From: Podarcis gaigeae
Lineage: Eukaryota
Strand: one strand, 5' to 3'
NCBI GenBank assembly: GCA_964106915.2
Contig: OZ066915.1
Length of the DNA: 64,000 nt
Below the pieces are notes generated by a model. That model saw nothing but the letters and a program-made list of their open reading frames with translations. It had not been told where the DNA came from and did not search any database. Positions 11,101-25,000 of this stretch are shown piece after piece. A program made the position numbers and the translations under genes. The stretch's first letter is position 1. Each line of letters starts with the position of its first letter.

Positions 11101-14100
11101 GGGGTGGGAGAAGATTTCAGTTTCTCCCACCTGCCTGCACTAAACCATTTTATATAGGGATTTTGATGGCAATCAAATCTTGAGACATGGATCTGCTGCC
11201 ATTATGTGCAGTCAGAAAAGGTATTTGAACAGAGGGTCCCGCCATTCCAAACCTGACACCCTTTCTTTGCCCTACTCATCATATTATATTTTATTTTTTT
11301 ATTTAAAAAAACCCATTGACCCAATGGCATTCATTTTATAACTTTCTGATCTGAAAGGACAGAGAAATCCCAGAGAGGGAAAGATAACACAAACCGATAA
11401 GGAGTCATTCTAGATGCAATGTCATCCTCATTGTTCAGCCTTGTGTGGGGAGAAGAGGGGTTCCAACCCTTTTGCCCTTGCCATGTTCCCAGACAGAGCC
11501 AGCTCCCCTCTTGCCAATGACAGCTCCCCTCCCATTGTGAATAGGATGCACATGGGGCCAATTTGGACTGGGGCCAGGGGTGAGGGGCAAAGGACTATGG
11601 TCTCCATCCTCTATAGCACGGACTTGTTAAAATAAACAACCACACAAGTCCAAATGACATCAGGTACAAACATCTGTCGAACTGCACAGGGTTTCAGGAC
11701 ATTCCTCTCCCATTAGTCTAACCTCCTTACCGTTGACCACCAGCTGGAGGCTGATGCTCTTCTCCAGTCCAGCTGGCCCGTTCTTCAGAACCAACGTGTA
11801 GGAGCCAGAGTTCTGCTCTGCCACATCCTTGATCTGCAGGGAATATTGAGACTGCCTGTTGGAAATTAACCTTCCATCCTTAAACCTGGGCAGAAGCAGA
11901 GAGAGAAAGAGAGAGGGGTGTGTGGATTAGCACGTTCCTCCCAAAAGGCAGTCACAGGGCTTCAGTCCATGGCAGGAGGCACTTCCTCAAAGGGAGGCCT
12001 CTCACGAATTCCTCCCCTTCCAGGAAAGCTTGCTGCGTTTTCTGGCCAAAGGGAAAACACTGACAACCACCCAAGGCAAAATTCAGATGTATAAAATGCA
12101 GGGGAAATTAGGTTTGCAATGTAATGTCAAATTACTTAATTTGCATTTCTCAAAACAATACAAGATCCCAAAACACAGCTTTTCCTCAAAATCCACACTT
12201 CTCCAAATTTTGCAATGCATTATCAAACCAAAGAATGTTTTTTAAAAATGTATATGCAAGGGTAAATATGTGCATTTAAAAATACATACGTTAGTGAAGA
12301 TAACATCCAAAAATGTTACGGAAAATCACTTGCAAAATTGTGTTTAATAGGTAAAATTGTAAAAATGTACATATGAGAAGTGCGTACTAAAATTCTGATA
12401 AATTTTCATGAGAATTTTTTTAATTGTAAACTGAAATGGAAGTATGGAGAACTGACTGTGAGATTGGAAAAAAGGGAGAGGAAAAAAAGGAGAGAAATTT
12501 AAAATGACAGGCGTGTCCTGCCCTTATGAAATGACACTTCACTGCCTTGTGGTATCTTGCAAAAGTGCCATTTATGGCAAGTCATTGCTACATAACTGAG
12601 CAAGGGGCTGAAGTGAAGGGCTTATACTACTTATAATTTTACACACAGCACAAGCTGATATGACAGAATGAAGTGAGTTTGTGAGAGATGGAATCCACTG
12701 GCTGATCAGAATGAGATCAGGATATATGTGACACCCCCAGGGAGCTCAGCTATTATCCCCTCTGACCGGGACTGAGGTGCAAGTCTAGACCCAAACACTT
12801 GCCACCTCAGTACCAGATTCCACGACTTTCCCTTAGTCAGGAGGACCTCAGCTTTCTGAAAGTGTTAACAGGTGTTTACATAGCCACAGGGAATGTGAGA
12901 CAGCACTTGTGTGTGGGTGGAGAACATTTGTGTGTTTGTGTGGCGTGCGTTTGCCAACAAAGTGAATGATGAGAAAGATTGTTTCTCCCTGCCTCTAACG
13001 TCTGCCAGAACTCTGGAGAAAAGACGAGGAAGAATTTTTATATCTCTGGTGAAAAGAATAGCCTGCTTTGCTATACAATATTAAAATGGTGGGTAATGAG
13101 TCAAGCTTAAGGATCACGGCAGTCAAGAAGAATCGCTCAGGTTTTGAAACAGACCTCCAAATCAGAACCCTCAAGCCGTGTGGGAGGGCAGTGTCACTCC
13201 TCTCACAAAATCAATTTCAGCAAGACAGGGGCCTTTCTCCTCCTCTTTTCCCCTTCTCTACAAAGGTCAGCCCTGAAGCCTGCTAAGCCCATATGCTAAG
13301 AGGGGGAGTGCATTACCACTGGAACTCAGGCTGGGGGTAGGCAACCACTTTCACCGGCAGCTTCGCCATTTCATCTCCTGCTGTTGCTTCAATCACTGGA
13401 CCCTTCCTCCACTCCACATTGATGAAGGGTTTCTCTGTGAAAACAAGACAGATAAGAGAGAAGAAGAAGAAAGCAGGGTGAAAGCTGTGAGATGAGCATG
13501 CTGGAGCTACAGCAGAGATTAGATAGCATTAATCCATACACATAGTAGAAGTATGCACTGCTTGGAAATAAACATCACGTATGCACAGATGCCCATTAGA
13601 TACTGAATCTGTGTATCCATGAATTTGTGCAGACATGAGAACAGTTGTTCACGCTGATTCACAGTTTGCTCTGTGAAGGTACAGGGACCTGTCTTTCTTA
13701 AACGTTGACAATGCTACCATGCCTTATCCTGCAAATAACCTTGCATCGGATGGATATTTTAACTAACCCTTACCGCTACCTTTGCCATAACTTTTCAGCT
13801 CAAGTAAAAGTTTTCATTGTATGGGTGGTGGTTAGTTTATAGTTACTACCTATAGAATGACATAGGCATAAGGAGGGCAAGTGGACAGTTTCAGCTGCTA
13901 TAAAAACGGCAGTCCTTAGAGAGAAAGGGAACATCTGTTCTGACATCTCAGTGATAATATGGAGTTTGGTATCAGTACCAGCATGACTTAACTCAGAATC
14001 ATGTCATGTCAGGGAACATACAATATCCTTTGCTGTTGTCTAGCAGGAGCATTTCTCTCCCTCTTTCTTACTTACACACACACACACACACACACACTCA

Positions 14101-15447
14101 CACACATTTTCATATGGCAGGGAACAGAGGACAAAAGGTCAGTCTTCACAGGAAGTTCTCCACTGCTTCCTTTATCATGTCTGATCTCCACTGTTTCACA
14201 AAGACACCAGCTGCCTTTAAACTGTTTGCCACCATGCTAACACACCAGAAGCTCCTACAAGGTTTTCTTATCCTGAGTTAATGGTTTTTACCATGTACGA
14301 TGACATCTATGCTCTCCTTCAAGTCTTGCTCCCCATTGCTAGCCTTGCATGTATATTTTCCCAGGTCTTGTAGGCTCACATTTTGGATGATCAAGATGCT
14401 GGAAAGTTCAGTGTGTGTCTGCTGGGAGCGCCTCTCAGGCAGTTCTGTGACTTTCCGGTTCATCTGCCAGAAGAAGGCAACAGAAGGAAAGGAATAAACA
14501 TATAAGATATTAGGAAATATAAAGCTTGGAGTACGCCCTCCCCACCGCAGCAGGCTTCCCCAACCTGGTGCCCTCCTGGTACTTTGGACTACTCACACCA
14601 ACCCCAGCCGGAAGACAAACAGTCAGGGATGTTGGAAGTTGTAGTCAAACAATACCCAGAGGGCACCAGGTTGGAGAAGGCTGATTTAAAAGGGGAATGA
14701 CAGAGTAGTCAAAAACCTAATCCCAGCTGGTAAAGTAAACTTGCATCTGGGCTAAACCACATCAGCTAGCAAGGGAGCTCAGATGACTGGATGTTCCTTC
14801 ATACAAGAGGATTCTTTGTGTATAGGAAAACCACCATTTCAAGGAGAGTTTTAGGCTAAAAAGTTTTCCCCTAACACTTTAGCTTGCTGTGTGGAGGGAT
14901 ATTTTGTACATGCATAGAAGAACTTCCAGACATATAAGGTGTTGCATAACTGTGTGGATGTGAAGTGCGAACACCTCTGCAAACACATATGGTGACTGGG
15001 GACGGCCGCCGAGACCACATAACAATGGTCTTGAAAGACCTACATTGGCTCCCAGTACATTTCCAAGCATAATTCAATGTGTTGGTGTTGACCTTTAAAG
15101 CCCTAAAAGGCCTTGACCCAGTATACCTGAAGGAGTGTCTCCACCCCCATCGTTCTGCCCAGACACTGAGGTCCAGCGCCGAGGGCCTTCTGGCAGTTCC
15201 CTCATTGCGAGAAGCAAAGCTACAGGGAACCAGGCAGAGGGCCTTCTCGGTAGTGGTGCCCGCCCTGTGGAACGCCCTCCCATCAGATGTCAAAGAGATA
15301 AACAATTACCTGCCATTCAGAAGACATCTGAAGGCAGCCCTGTTCAGGGAGGTTTTTAATGTGTGACATTTTATTTTATTTTTGGTCTTTGTTGGAAGCT
15401 GCCCAGAGTGGCTGGGGAAACCCAGCCAGATGGGCGGGGTACAAATA

Positions 15448-15486
<39 letters not shown>

Positions 15487-18400
15487 TTACCTCCCAGATA
15501 AGGAGCCAAGAGGAAAAAGGAGCGATGAAGACGAGCATAGGCAAGTCTACAGGGTGGGTCAATAGGGGAGCAAAGACTCTCACTGTGACTTGGAGGAGGC
15601 AAGTCTCCTTTTTCTATCACCCTAGCTTGCTTCCCCAAAGAAACTCCTGCACGGGAGCCTCCCTCTACATCTTCCTTGGTAAACCTTTGATCTCATTTAG
15701 TCTGCTCAGCAAAATGTCCCAGAAATGTTGGGGATGGAGCCTACGGCGACAGCAACCTTTGGGGCAGGGCTGGCATACATGTCTTTCTCTACACCCATTC
15801 TATTAAACATATGAGTAGGGCTGTTGTGACACAGAAAGCTGCCTTTCACCGAGTTAGAACCATTGCTTCCTCCAGCTCAGTACTGTCTACACTGACGGAC
15901 AGCATCTCTTCAGGTTTTCAGGCAGGGGACAATTCACAGCTCTTCCTAGAGATGCCACAGATCTTCTGCATGCACAGCAGATGCTGTGCCAGAGAGCTGC
16001 AGCCCATCCCAACAGTGATGGAGATGTCAGGGATATTGTGAACGCAAACATGCCCCAAACTGGATTGAATTGGCATGTACTCAGGAAGGCATTGCTATTT
16101 CATTTTTTCTCTGCAGGGAGTAAATTTAGGGGGAAAGGAAGGCTGCAAGTAACAAGGCAAAGAGTACAAGGAACATCAGATGTGACTATACCAGTATAAT
16201 TAGGTTTGTCAACTATGCATGAATTGGTGTGTGTGTGTGTGTGTGTGTGTGTTCTGCTTCCACTCCATGGATCCAAAATTAAAAGTAGTGCACACAAACC
16301 ACTCATAGAAGCAAAAACTGAATAGTATAATGTCAATTCCTACCTGTTTCGCAGGGTAATCCCACTGGAAATCAACTCCCGAATTAAACTCAGCCCATAC
16401 TGTACAGTTGAGATATAGTTTTTCTCCCACTAGAAGCTCCATGGCCTTCCTTGGAAACAACTGGATGTCATAAAGTTCATTCCCTGGTGTAAAAGTAAGG
16501 CAACTACTTAAACAAATACAGTTTTTCCTGGGGGGGGGGGGAGAACAGAACTCTTGCTACAAAATTGTAACAAATTTATAAAAAAATAAAATCAAACCAC
16601 ACAACACAGGCTCATTGGTCTAAGATGCCCCCCACCATATATTTGCTTAATTCTGTAGCCATTTGTCTGTGTTATCAGACTACTGTGGTTCTGGATGGTC
16701 AAACCTCCTGCCTTAAAAGTTTGTTGATTACTTCCTTATTCAACTGTCAATTGACATCCTACAGAATAATACAAGATATATGCAGGGAATAGGAATGAGG
16801 GTGTGCCATATCAAAAAGTGCATTTTGAACAAGGAATATGTGCCCATTTGAAGGGGTAACGATGACTGCCATTGTAGATAGAACAGATAGAATGTGAGGG
16901 TTTATTTGCACCCAGACATTGCTTATTTTGCTTCCTTATTTTTAAACTTTAATTTCATTTCACGTCATCCTACCTTATTCTGAAATGTTCTCTGATGCCA
17001 CCGGCTGCCTGTTCCCAAGATTGTGAATGCATGTGTGTTTTGGATTTTAATATGTAAGATTTAGCATTTTCACAATTGTACTTAGGCACAAACGTGCGTC
17101 TATCAGAATTAGGGGCATGGCGAGGTCATGTTGGAGTGGCAGCACCTCAGACAGCTCCGCAGTGACTACTTGTTCTGATGATGCCTGAAACCCATCCAAG
17201 TCTCCTACCTTTGGCTTGGTTGCCAGCTTCTGCCCTCACTGAGATGGATAGCGAAGTTTAAAGGGACAGTCCCTGTTCCTGGAGTGATACACTACTTGGC
17301 CAATGCCTATCCACATCTAGTGGCATCTTGGCCAGGCATGGAGACTAATAAGCCCTTAAGAGTAAGGACAGTTGTGCTGCTGTAGGGGCCTATGGCTCAG
17401 AGGGAACTGGAGGCGATTGTCTGGGTGATTAGGTCCAGAACCGGCACCTGGAGCCTGTGCCTGGAGCCTTCCTCACCTTCTAAATCAATCCTTCAATCAT
17501 GGCTTGAAGTCATGGACATGACAATTGAAGCTGTTTGTTGATGATGTAGCAGGCAAACCAGAGGCATTTACAATACAAAACAAGCCTTCTGGTCATAGCA
17601 GGTTTCATAATCACATTACAAAGGGACTGCAGCAAGAATGGCTGGAAGCCTCATGTGTGAAAAATGGTTATCGTACTGCCTGAGCACTTTTAAGAGGTCG
17701 ATTGTCACAGTGACTGACTCTGTTCCAAAATTCACCTGCAATGTGGACAAGGAAGAAACTTGATTTGCGGGGCTTCATATCAATGAAAGTTTCGCACTCA
17801 ACAAACAAGGAGTCCTTGATCAGGTGAGTGGGGACCAGCATTCCTTTTTTGTTGTCCCAAAGAATGTTCTTCCCGTCCGGATATATGGGAGAGGTTGTCT
17901 AGAAACAGATAAATTATTTTTAAGAGATGTGCAGGGTGGTATCATTAATACTGCATCCTCCATTTCTTTGAAGGGTTATTCAAGACTAGTTCCAATATTT
18001 CACACCTGATGGGGGTGGGGAAATCCCTCCAAACTTATAGAGAGCTTTCTGTTACAGTATGTGACCCTGTGGGTTATTTTGAGGGGGGGGGTGTCTACTG
18101 ACACCCCCAACATAAATCCAAATGTACTTCCAATGAAGCTTTGGTCATGCGACTATTGGGATTCTAGGAGAGGAAGAGGCAAGAAAAATGGCTGAGAGGA
18201 CAGCTTGCCCAAAGAGTGAAGGAGTGAACCAAAGAGTGAATTTATGACACTGGTGAGGTTACATTGTGCACAGGCTGCCATTTCCCTCAGGTAATGGAAA
18301 TTGGTTCTGGCCTTCCAGGACTAATGTTTCTTTTTGCATTTCATGAGAAGTGTAAATACAGCAGCAAATGAAACAGTGTGCTGGTCCTTTCCATAGTTTC

Positions 18401-21400
18401 TCAGGACTCTTGTAGTATTTCAAGCATTGTTAAGAACTGGGAAACCCTTTAAAAGATTGCAGCTTATGCATTTTAGCAAAGGGCTGCTTCGCATGCTATA
18501 TTTGGGTGTGCACCAAATAGGTTGTAAACCTGTAAAATGTAAGCAAAGATGTATTTTCAAAAACATGCATCATACAGGAACAAACATCAGGGGCTATGAT
18601 TGGATGCATCTCCCAGAAAAGTGTATACTTGATGGAACAGTGCATATGAAATGGTTCTCACAGCCTGCAGAAAGTGGAGTGCGACCCCCAGAAAAGGAGA
18701 ACTGTATAAATTGATGCTGGTGTGCCAGAAAATGAAGCCTTAGAGATAACTGAATATATATATGAAATGTTTTCCTCCCCTCCCTAGGAGTTCCACTTCC
18801 TTCTCCAGATTATAATATATTATAATGCTGTAGTATCTCTTCAAAGAAGATCATTAACACTGTAGAGTGGGAATGGGTAATCTGTAATGTTGTTGGGACT
18901 GCAGTTCCCATCCTCCCCCTGACCATTTGCCATACTGGCTGGAGCTGATGAGAGTTGGAGGGCGCCTGTTTCAGAGCAATCTGAAGGGACTCTGAAATCA
19001 GCAGTGCAAGGGAATCCAAAATGGGGGAACCACAACTGTTACTGGGAAACATCCACAGGGGTTACATCCAGGGATTTCATCCAGATTTGCAAGGACAGCA
19101 CCTTTAGGGGGTTTCTTTCTTTTCTGTTTTTTTTTTCACACATACACACCCCCGGGTGTTTTCTCTGTTCCCCTTCACACTGAAATAAGGCAGATTCCTG
19201 AGTCATCCCGCAGGGAGATTTCTTACCGAGAGCAAAGTGATGTTAAGGTCTGGAATAGATACCAGGCAAGGGACCCAGATATTCTCCTTCTTGTAGATAA
19301 GAAGAGCCTCTGGTTTATTGATAAATGGCCGCTCATAATCTGAGAATGAAAGAAGAGCCGCAGAATTGGAGAAAACAAGGAAAATATACCGTAGTTATTT
19401 TTTCCCCTTGCTGCTTTTTTTTAAGAAAAATAAAGTTAGCTAAAATCTGCAGGACATTGTACTGAGTCAGGCACAAATATGAGATGGGAAATGTATGAAC
19501 AGTCTTATTGTGCAAATCTATACATGCCTACTCAAAAATAAGTACCACTTATTTCAGTGGTAGTTACTCCCAGGCAAAAAGGGTATAGGATTACAACCGT
19601 AGGTTACCAGTTCATTTAATCATCATCATGATCAACAACAATGAAAGGGCACCCAGAAAGCAAAGGGAATCATAGTAAACTTTAGGAAACTGCCTATGTT
19701 TCCATTAACTCAGGCAGCAGACCTGTGTGTAGCTATAATATGTTTAGCTGTTTTTGTTAATTTAAGTTGTCTGCTTAATTCTTATTTTGAATTCAGTGCT
19801 CTGTGGTAGTATGTTCTAGTAATCACTTCAGATGTGAGTTATAATGGACAGAGTGCTTGATTTGAAAGGGGGAGATCTGGATTCAAATCTCTGCTCAACC
19901 AAAGTGTCTATCGCAGAATAACCTATATAGGTTTTTTGAGAGGACAGAATAGGACAGCCCCATATATACCTTTATGAGCCCCTCAGAGAAAGGACAGGAT
20001 GGAAATTAGTTAAGTATAAGTCTGAATATGGGTACTACTGCTAATCTCTTTAGCATGAATAATGCCTTTCCCCAATCTTTTTAGCTTCAAAACTCAGCAA
20101 TTTTCATGCCCTGACTTGCAGAACAATAACATGAATCAGGAAAGTAGGCAAACTGCCTTTCATGTCTGTTTTGTCAATCCAATTTATCAGCAGCCAAGCT
20201 TAGAATGCTCCTGCTTATTGTATTTCTTGACATTAAGAGAAAACTCTTTTCCCCACAGAAGCATTCAAGAAATTTTTATTGCTCCTTTCTTTTTCTGTAT
20301 ATTTGGAATTAACAGATTATCCTGCAGTGTAGAATTTTAGAAAAGGGAATAAGGAGGCGAGGGGAGCAAGCCATACGATAGCTCAATGGCAACTTGGATT
20401 TCATGTGGCCAGATTTCCTTACAGAATTCCTGTAGTTAAGGCTGATCTATACAAATCCATTGTTGTGGCCATGAGCTTAGCATAGTAGAAACAACAAAAC
20501 CCCTATTCCCCAAATTCCAATTAAAAAACCACAAATTCGAATGCTAAAATGAAGACACAAAGAAAGCTTCAGAGAACCTTCTCCACATGCGTGGAGAGGC
20601 TGGCAATCTTCTTTAACCCACACAATCATATCCAGTGTCAGTGTGGACTCCAGATTACAACTCTGGCTTTAAAAGGCAGAAGAAAAAATGGACGGTGGTT
20701 TTTTAAAAATGTCTGTCACTCACGGGCTACAGTGAAGCTCCCCACCTATGCATGACAACTGTGTGGGTGTCTATGCAGTGCTCTAGCATTGCCCCTAAAG
20801 GCAGAGAGAGTGCTGGACTCAAGCCTCAGACGCTTTTAAGGTCCTAGCTGCTATCATCATTATATTCTCATAGAGATGAGCAGAATGAATGATATACTCC
20901 CATGCTACTAAAATACCCAGGAAGTACCTGTGAATGGTATTTGGGCTATTTATTGGCTAACACAAACAAAATAATGTAATGGAACAATTTGGAATGGAAG
21001 ATCTCTCTTTTCTGCTGCATAGAACCATAAAGGGATTGTGTCAGTTTACTTGGTATCTTTATTTGTTTTCATCGTACCATATACAGTATTTTAAATCAGT
21101 GAATATTAGAAACTGTATGATTTTGGCATTTTAATTCGCTTGTACTGGGTCTGTGATAGTATTGAGGGGGCAACTCCCATCTCTTGCGGGGTGCAATTAG
21201 TGCCAGCATCGTCCGTTAAGAGTTTGAGTGTAATCTTCGATACCTCCCTCTCTATGGAGGCGCAGATTACAGCTATAACAAAGGCGGCATTTTTTCATCT
21301 CCGCCAAGCTAAGCAGTTGGCTCCTTATCTCTCTCGCCCTGACCTAGCCACTGTGATCCACGCGACGGTCACCTCCAGACTGGATTATTGTAACTCGCTC

Positions 21401-22024
21401 TACGTGGGGCTGCCCTTGAGACTGACCCAGAAACTCCAGCGGGTGCAAAATGCCACGGCGAGACTCCTTATGGGGTCTTCGCTGCGAGATCATATTCATC
21501 CAGTACTATACAAGCTGCACTGGCTCCCGGTGGAGTACAGGATCAGGTTCAAGGTGCTGGTTTTAACCTTTAAAGCCCTATACGGCCTAGGACCCTCGTA
21601 CCTACGGGACCGCCTCTCCTGGTATGTCCCACAGAGGAATTTACGGTCTGCAAATAAAAACATCCTAAAGATCCCAGGCCACAGAGAGGTTAGGCTGGCC
21701 TCAACTAGAGCCAGGGCTTTCTCGGCCGTGGCTCCAATCTGGTGGAACGCTCTGTCACAAGAGACTAGGGCCCTGCAGGACCTGACATCTTTCCGCAGGG
21801 CCTGCAAGACAGAGCTGTTCCACCAAGCCTTTGGTCAGGGCGCAGCCTGATCCCCTCCTCTGGCAACCTGCACAGAATTTTGCTTGATGGTTGCCATTAA
21901 TTTGATTTTAATTTGATTTTAATTAATTTTATAATGAATGTTTTTAGAATGTTGAACTATTTTGATTGTTGTTAGCCACCCTGAGCCCAGCTTCGGCTGG
22001 GGAGGGCGGGAGATATAAATAAAA

Positions 22025-22077
<53 letters not shown>

Positions 22078-25000
22078 ACTTGTTGTAGTGGTTGATTATA
22101 TCCTCTCTCTCTCTCACTCTCACACAGGAAAAATGGTCATTTGTCTGAATATTTTTTAAATGGCTGTTCAGTGTGTAGGAACATAGGAAACAGCCTTATA
22201 TAACAAGTCAGACCATTGGTCTACCTAGCTCAATAAGCTGATCTTCTACCCCCTGAGCCACAACCCTTAAATGTAGAGATAAAACAAGTATAAACTTGGT
22301 AGCAAGCACTTGGAGGAAGGCACTTCTTGCCTTTGTAACAATGACATCCTTGAGAAGTTGGAGAAAGGAAGGGAAATTTAAGGTTAGGGTTAGGGTTAGA
22401 GACATGATGCAGATTGCGAAAGCTATCCTAGGAGGTGAGTGACAATAAATGTACCATTCCCCATCCCTTTGACAACTCAGATATCAGACCACAGTTTATG
22501 TACTTATTACATTTATAACCTTCCACTAAGAAGCTCAGGCCAGCATCCGCTGGTCTTCCTGCCCCGCTTCTTATCCTCACAACAACCCTGTGAGGGAGGT
22601 TAGGTTGAGAGATAGCAGCTGGCCCAAGACTCTACGTATAATGAATGAGGTTTTGAACTCAGGTCTTCCTGATCCTAGTCTGACATTCTAACCACGCTGC
22701 CTCCCGCTGTTCTTCAGAAGTTTGTAACATATACACAAATCTCCAACTTAGGCCCCCGGTATGCTAGCAAAGAGCAAGTTAGCTCTAAACTGAGAGAAGA
22801 AACCCATTTCACCATCCTACAATTGTAGCACGAGGTCACGATTGAGACATATTTTCATGGGCAGTGTTGTACATCAGCTTCTTTGCTGCTAAGTGCTCCT
22901 GACTAGAGGTTTTGGATTTTATTCCATCTCTGTGTTTTTATATAAATATTCCTCCAGGATGTATTTGAAGAGCAGCCACAGATGTTCATAGCAAAGACCA
23001 AGGGCAGATTAGATTAAGAGAGAACTAACATTCATGAGGGGAAATTCCTGCCAAACTTCTAATGCCTCTGGCTATTGTTATTTTGAGTTTGTTATCGGAG
23101 AATGATTTATTTTAAAATACCAGCAACAGTTGCTCAGCTGGCAAACCACAGGGGCTCACTATTAATTGCCCATATTATATTTAGACTGGATTCTGAATAT
23201 CCAAAGTCCATAATCTACACTAATATCCACATAACCCAAAAGCAATTGCAATTTCTCTTTGAACACTGACTCCCTGTTTTCTAAGTATTTTAAGGGCAGA
23301 CAGTTACAGGGGGATGGGACACATGTAAGTTTGTGGGAGACATGCTTAGGTATGCATGCATTTATGCACGTGAGAAGAAGCAATGATGAACATTATTATG
23401 GACGAGAAAGCTAAAGTGTGGCTTTGAGTTTGGGGGCTGAGGTGTGGGGCAAGGACTGGGGGCCAGTGCAGCATGAAGACTCTGTCCATCAGCTTATCAC
23501 ATCGTATGATTTCAAGGGCCAATGCTGGAATGGCATCAGGACCACTTCTGCATTCCTGGTTCCCATGGTGCTCCATGTTTCAACATTCATACAGAGGGAG
23601 TCACCTGAGTACCAACACCATTGCCTTCCTCTGAGGTCAATGACGCTGGCAAGGAAAGTTGGTCTGAGCAGCATGGGAGCCTACCATGTGGTTGCAATTC
23701 CCAGCAAATTTTGGTCAGATATTCTGATCCCAAAGTATAGCAAAAATTAAGACCACCCATGAATGGATTGTTGTGCAAAAGAAAAATCAGATAAGTGTCA
23801 ATAAGCTGTATTAATATACTGTTGTTTACTTTATAAAGAAAAGCAGCATTGAGGGTGGGGAATTTGGAGAAGAGACCAGGCAAGGCTTAGGGTTTTTTTC
23901 CCCTTCTCGCTCATTCCTTCTTTGTTCCAAATTGCCCATGCAGGCACTTTCTATCTCTCTTTGCAGTTCCAAATGCAAGTTTGCCAGGGGGGACAGGCAG
24001 TTGGAAGTGTGCAGGGGGAAAGAAGTTAGGAGAGTGATTTGGAGTGGAGAAGTGACAGAGAATGCACAGGTTCCCCTTATAGCAAAGCTGGGCAAACTGC
24101 TGGCCCTCTGAATGTTGTTGGACCACAACTCCCAAAATCACTAGCCACGCTGGCTGAGTCTGATGGGAGTTGGAGTCCAACAGGTTCCCCCACCCTGCCT
24201 AGTGACCTCACAGATGACGTCCATCTTCTTGTTGGTAATTGTAACCACCACAACTATAGAACTAGAAGTAGCCTTTAATTTCTCATTACTGCTTGTACAG
24301 TCAGATTTTTGGCACCGAGATATAATCGTAATACTGCATTGTCATTTTTTTCTGGTGCTTGCCAATCTATGTTGAAACAGATAGATATGACCGGCTCACC
24401 ACAGCACTCTGCACAACACATGCTTGCTCTTCACTTAGCCATCACAAACCAGATGAATGCATTTTTGTGCTTTAGAATTATTATATCTCATTTTGAAACT
24501 CATCCCCAAGTTTACTAGGTAGATGGCAGAACAATCCAAACATGCTATCCACTGCCCCAGAGTGGAAGATATGCCTCTTCATTTGGCGTGAGGGGGGGAG
24601 AGCAAACTTTAGTCCACCCACTGGTTCCCCACTGCACTCACTAAAAGCAGTGGGTGGTAGTCAGTGTAAACCCTTAGAAAGGGGCATTCCTGTGTGGGGA
24701 AGGGGTAAGGGGTCTAATCTGGACCTCTCTGCTGAACCAGTTAAGAGCTAGCACAGCAAAACCCGTCTGGGTATTAGGATTGCTCCTTCAAGTTACATTA
24801 CCTAACCACTTTTGATCATACAAACAGAGTTGGTGAATGGGGACGAAAGGTTAGGATTTGTTTTTTTGGATAAGTGGAATGCTTTAGAAAGTGTCCTCAG
24901 AATCCTACAGCCTCTGTGTTTTAAAGAAATCTAGATAATTAATATGTCCTCTCAGTCACAAAAATCACAAAGCACGAGAGTCTAGATTTTTTACCCCTAG

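Noticed and set aside
14278-14463. Read-through of exon 7 into the intron (VIVH-GKNH-stop) as a soluble Ig1-3 decoy receptor; similar read-through frames after exons 3, 6 and 11
   Set aside because: No AATAAA/ATTAAA seen on the sense strand in intron 7; read-through stops are expected in any intron; transcript data would be needed.
14871-15638. Several overlapping ORFs of 62-144 aa
   Set aside because: Sense and antisense frames of the decayed L2 fragment and its (AAT)n tail.
22378-22401. TTAAGG TTAGGG TTAGGG TTAGAG as an interstitial telomeric site
   Set aside because: Only two perfect units; too short to support telomerase-mediated insertion.
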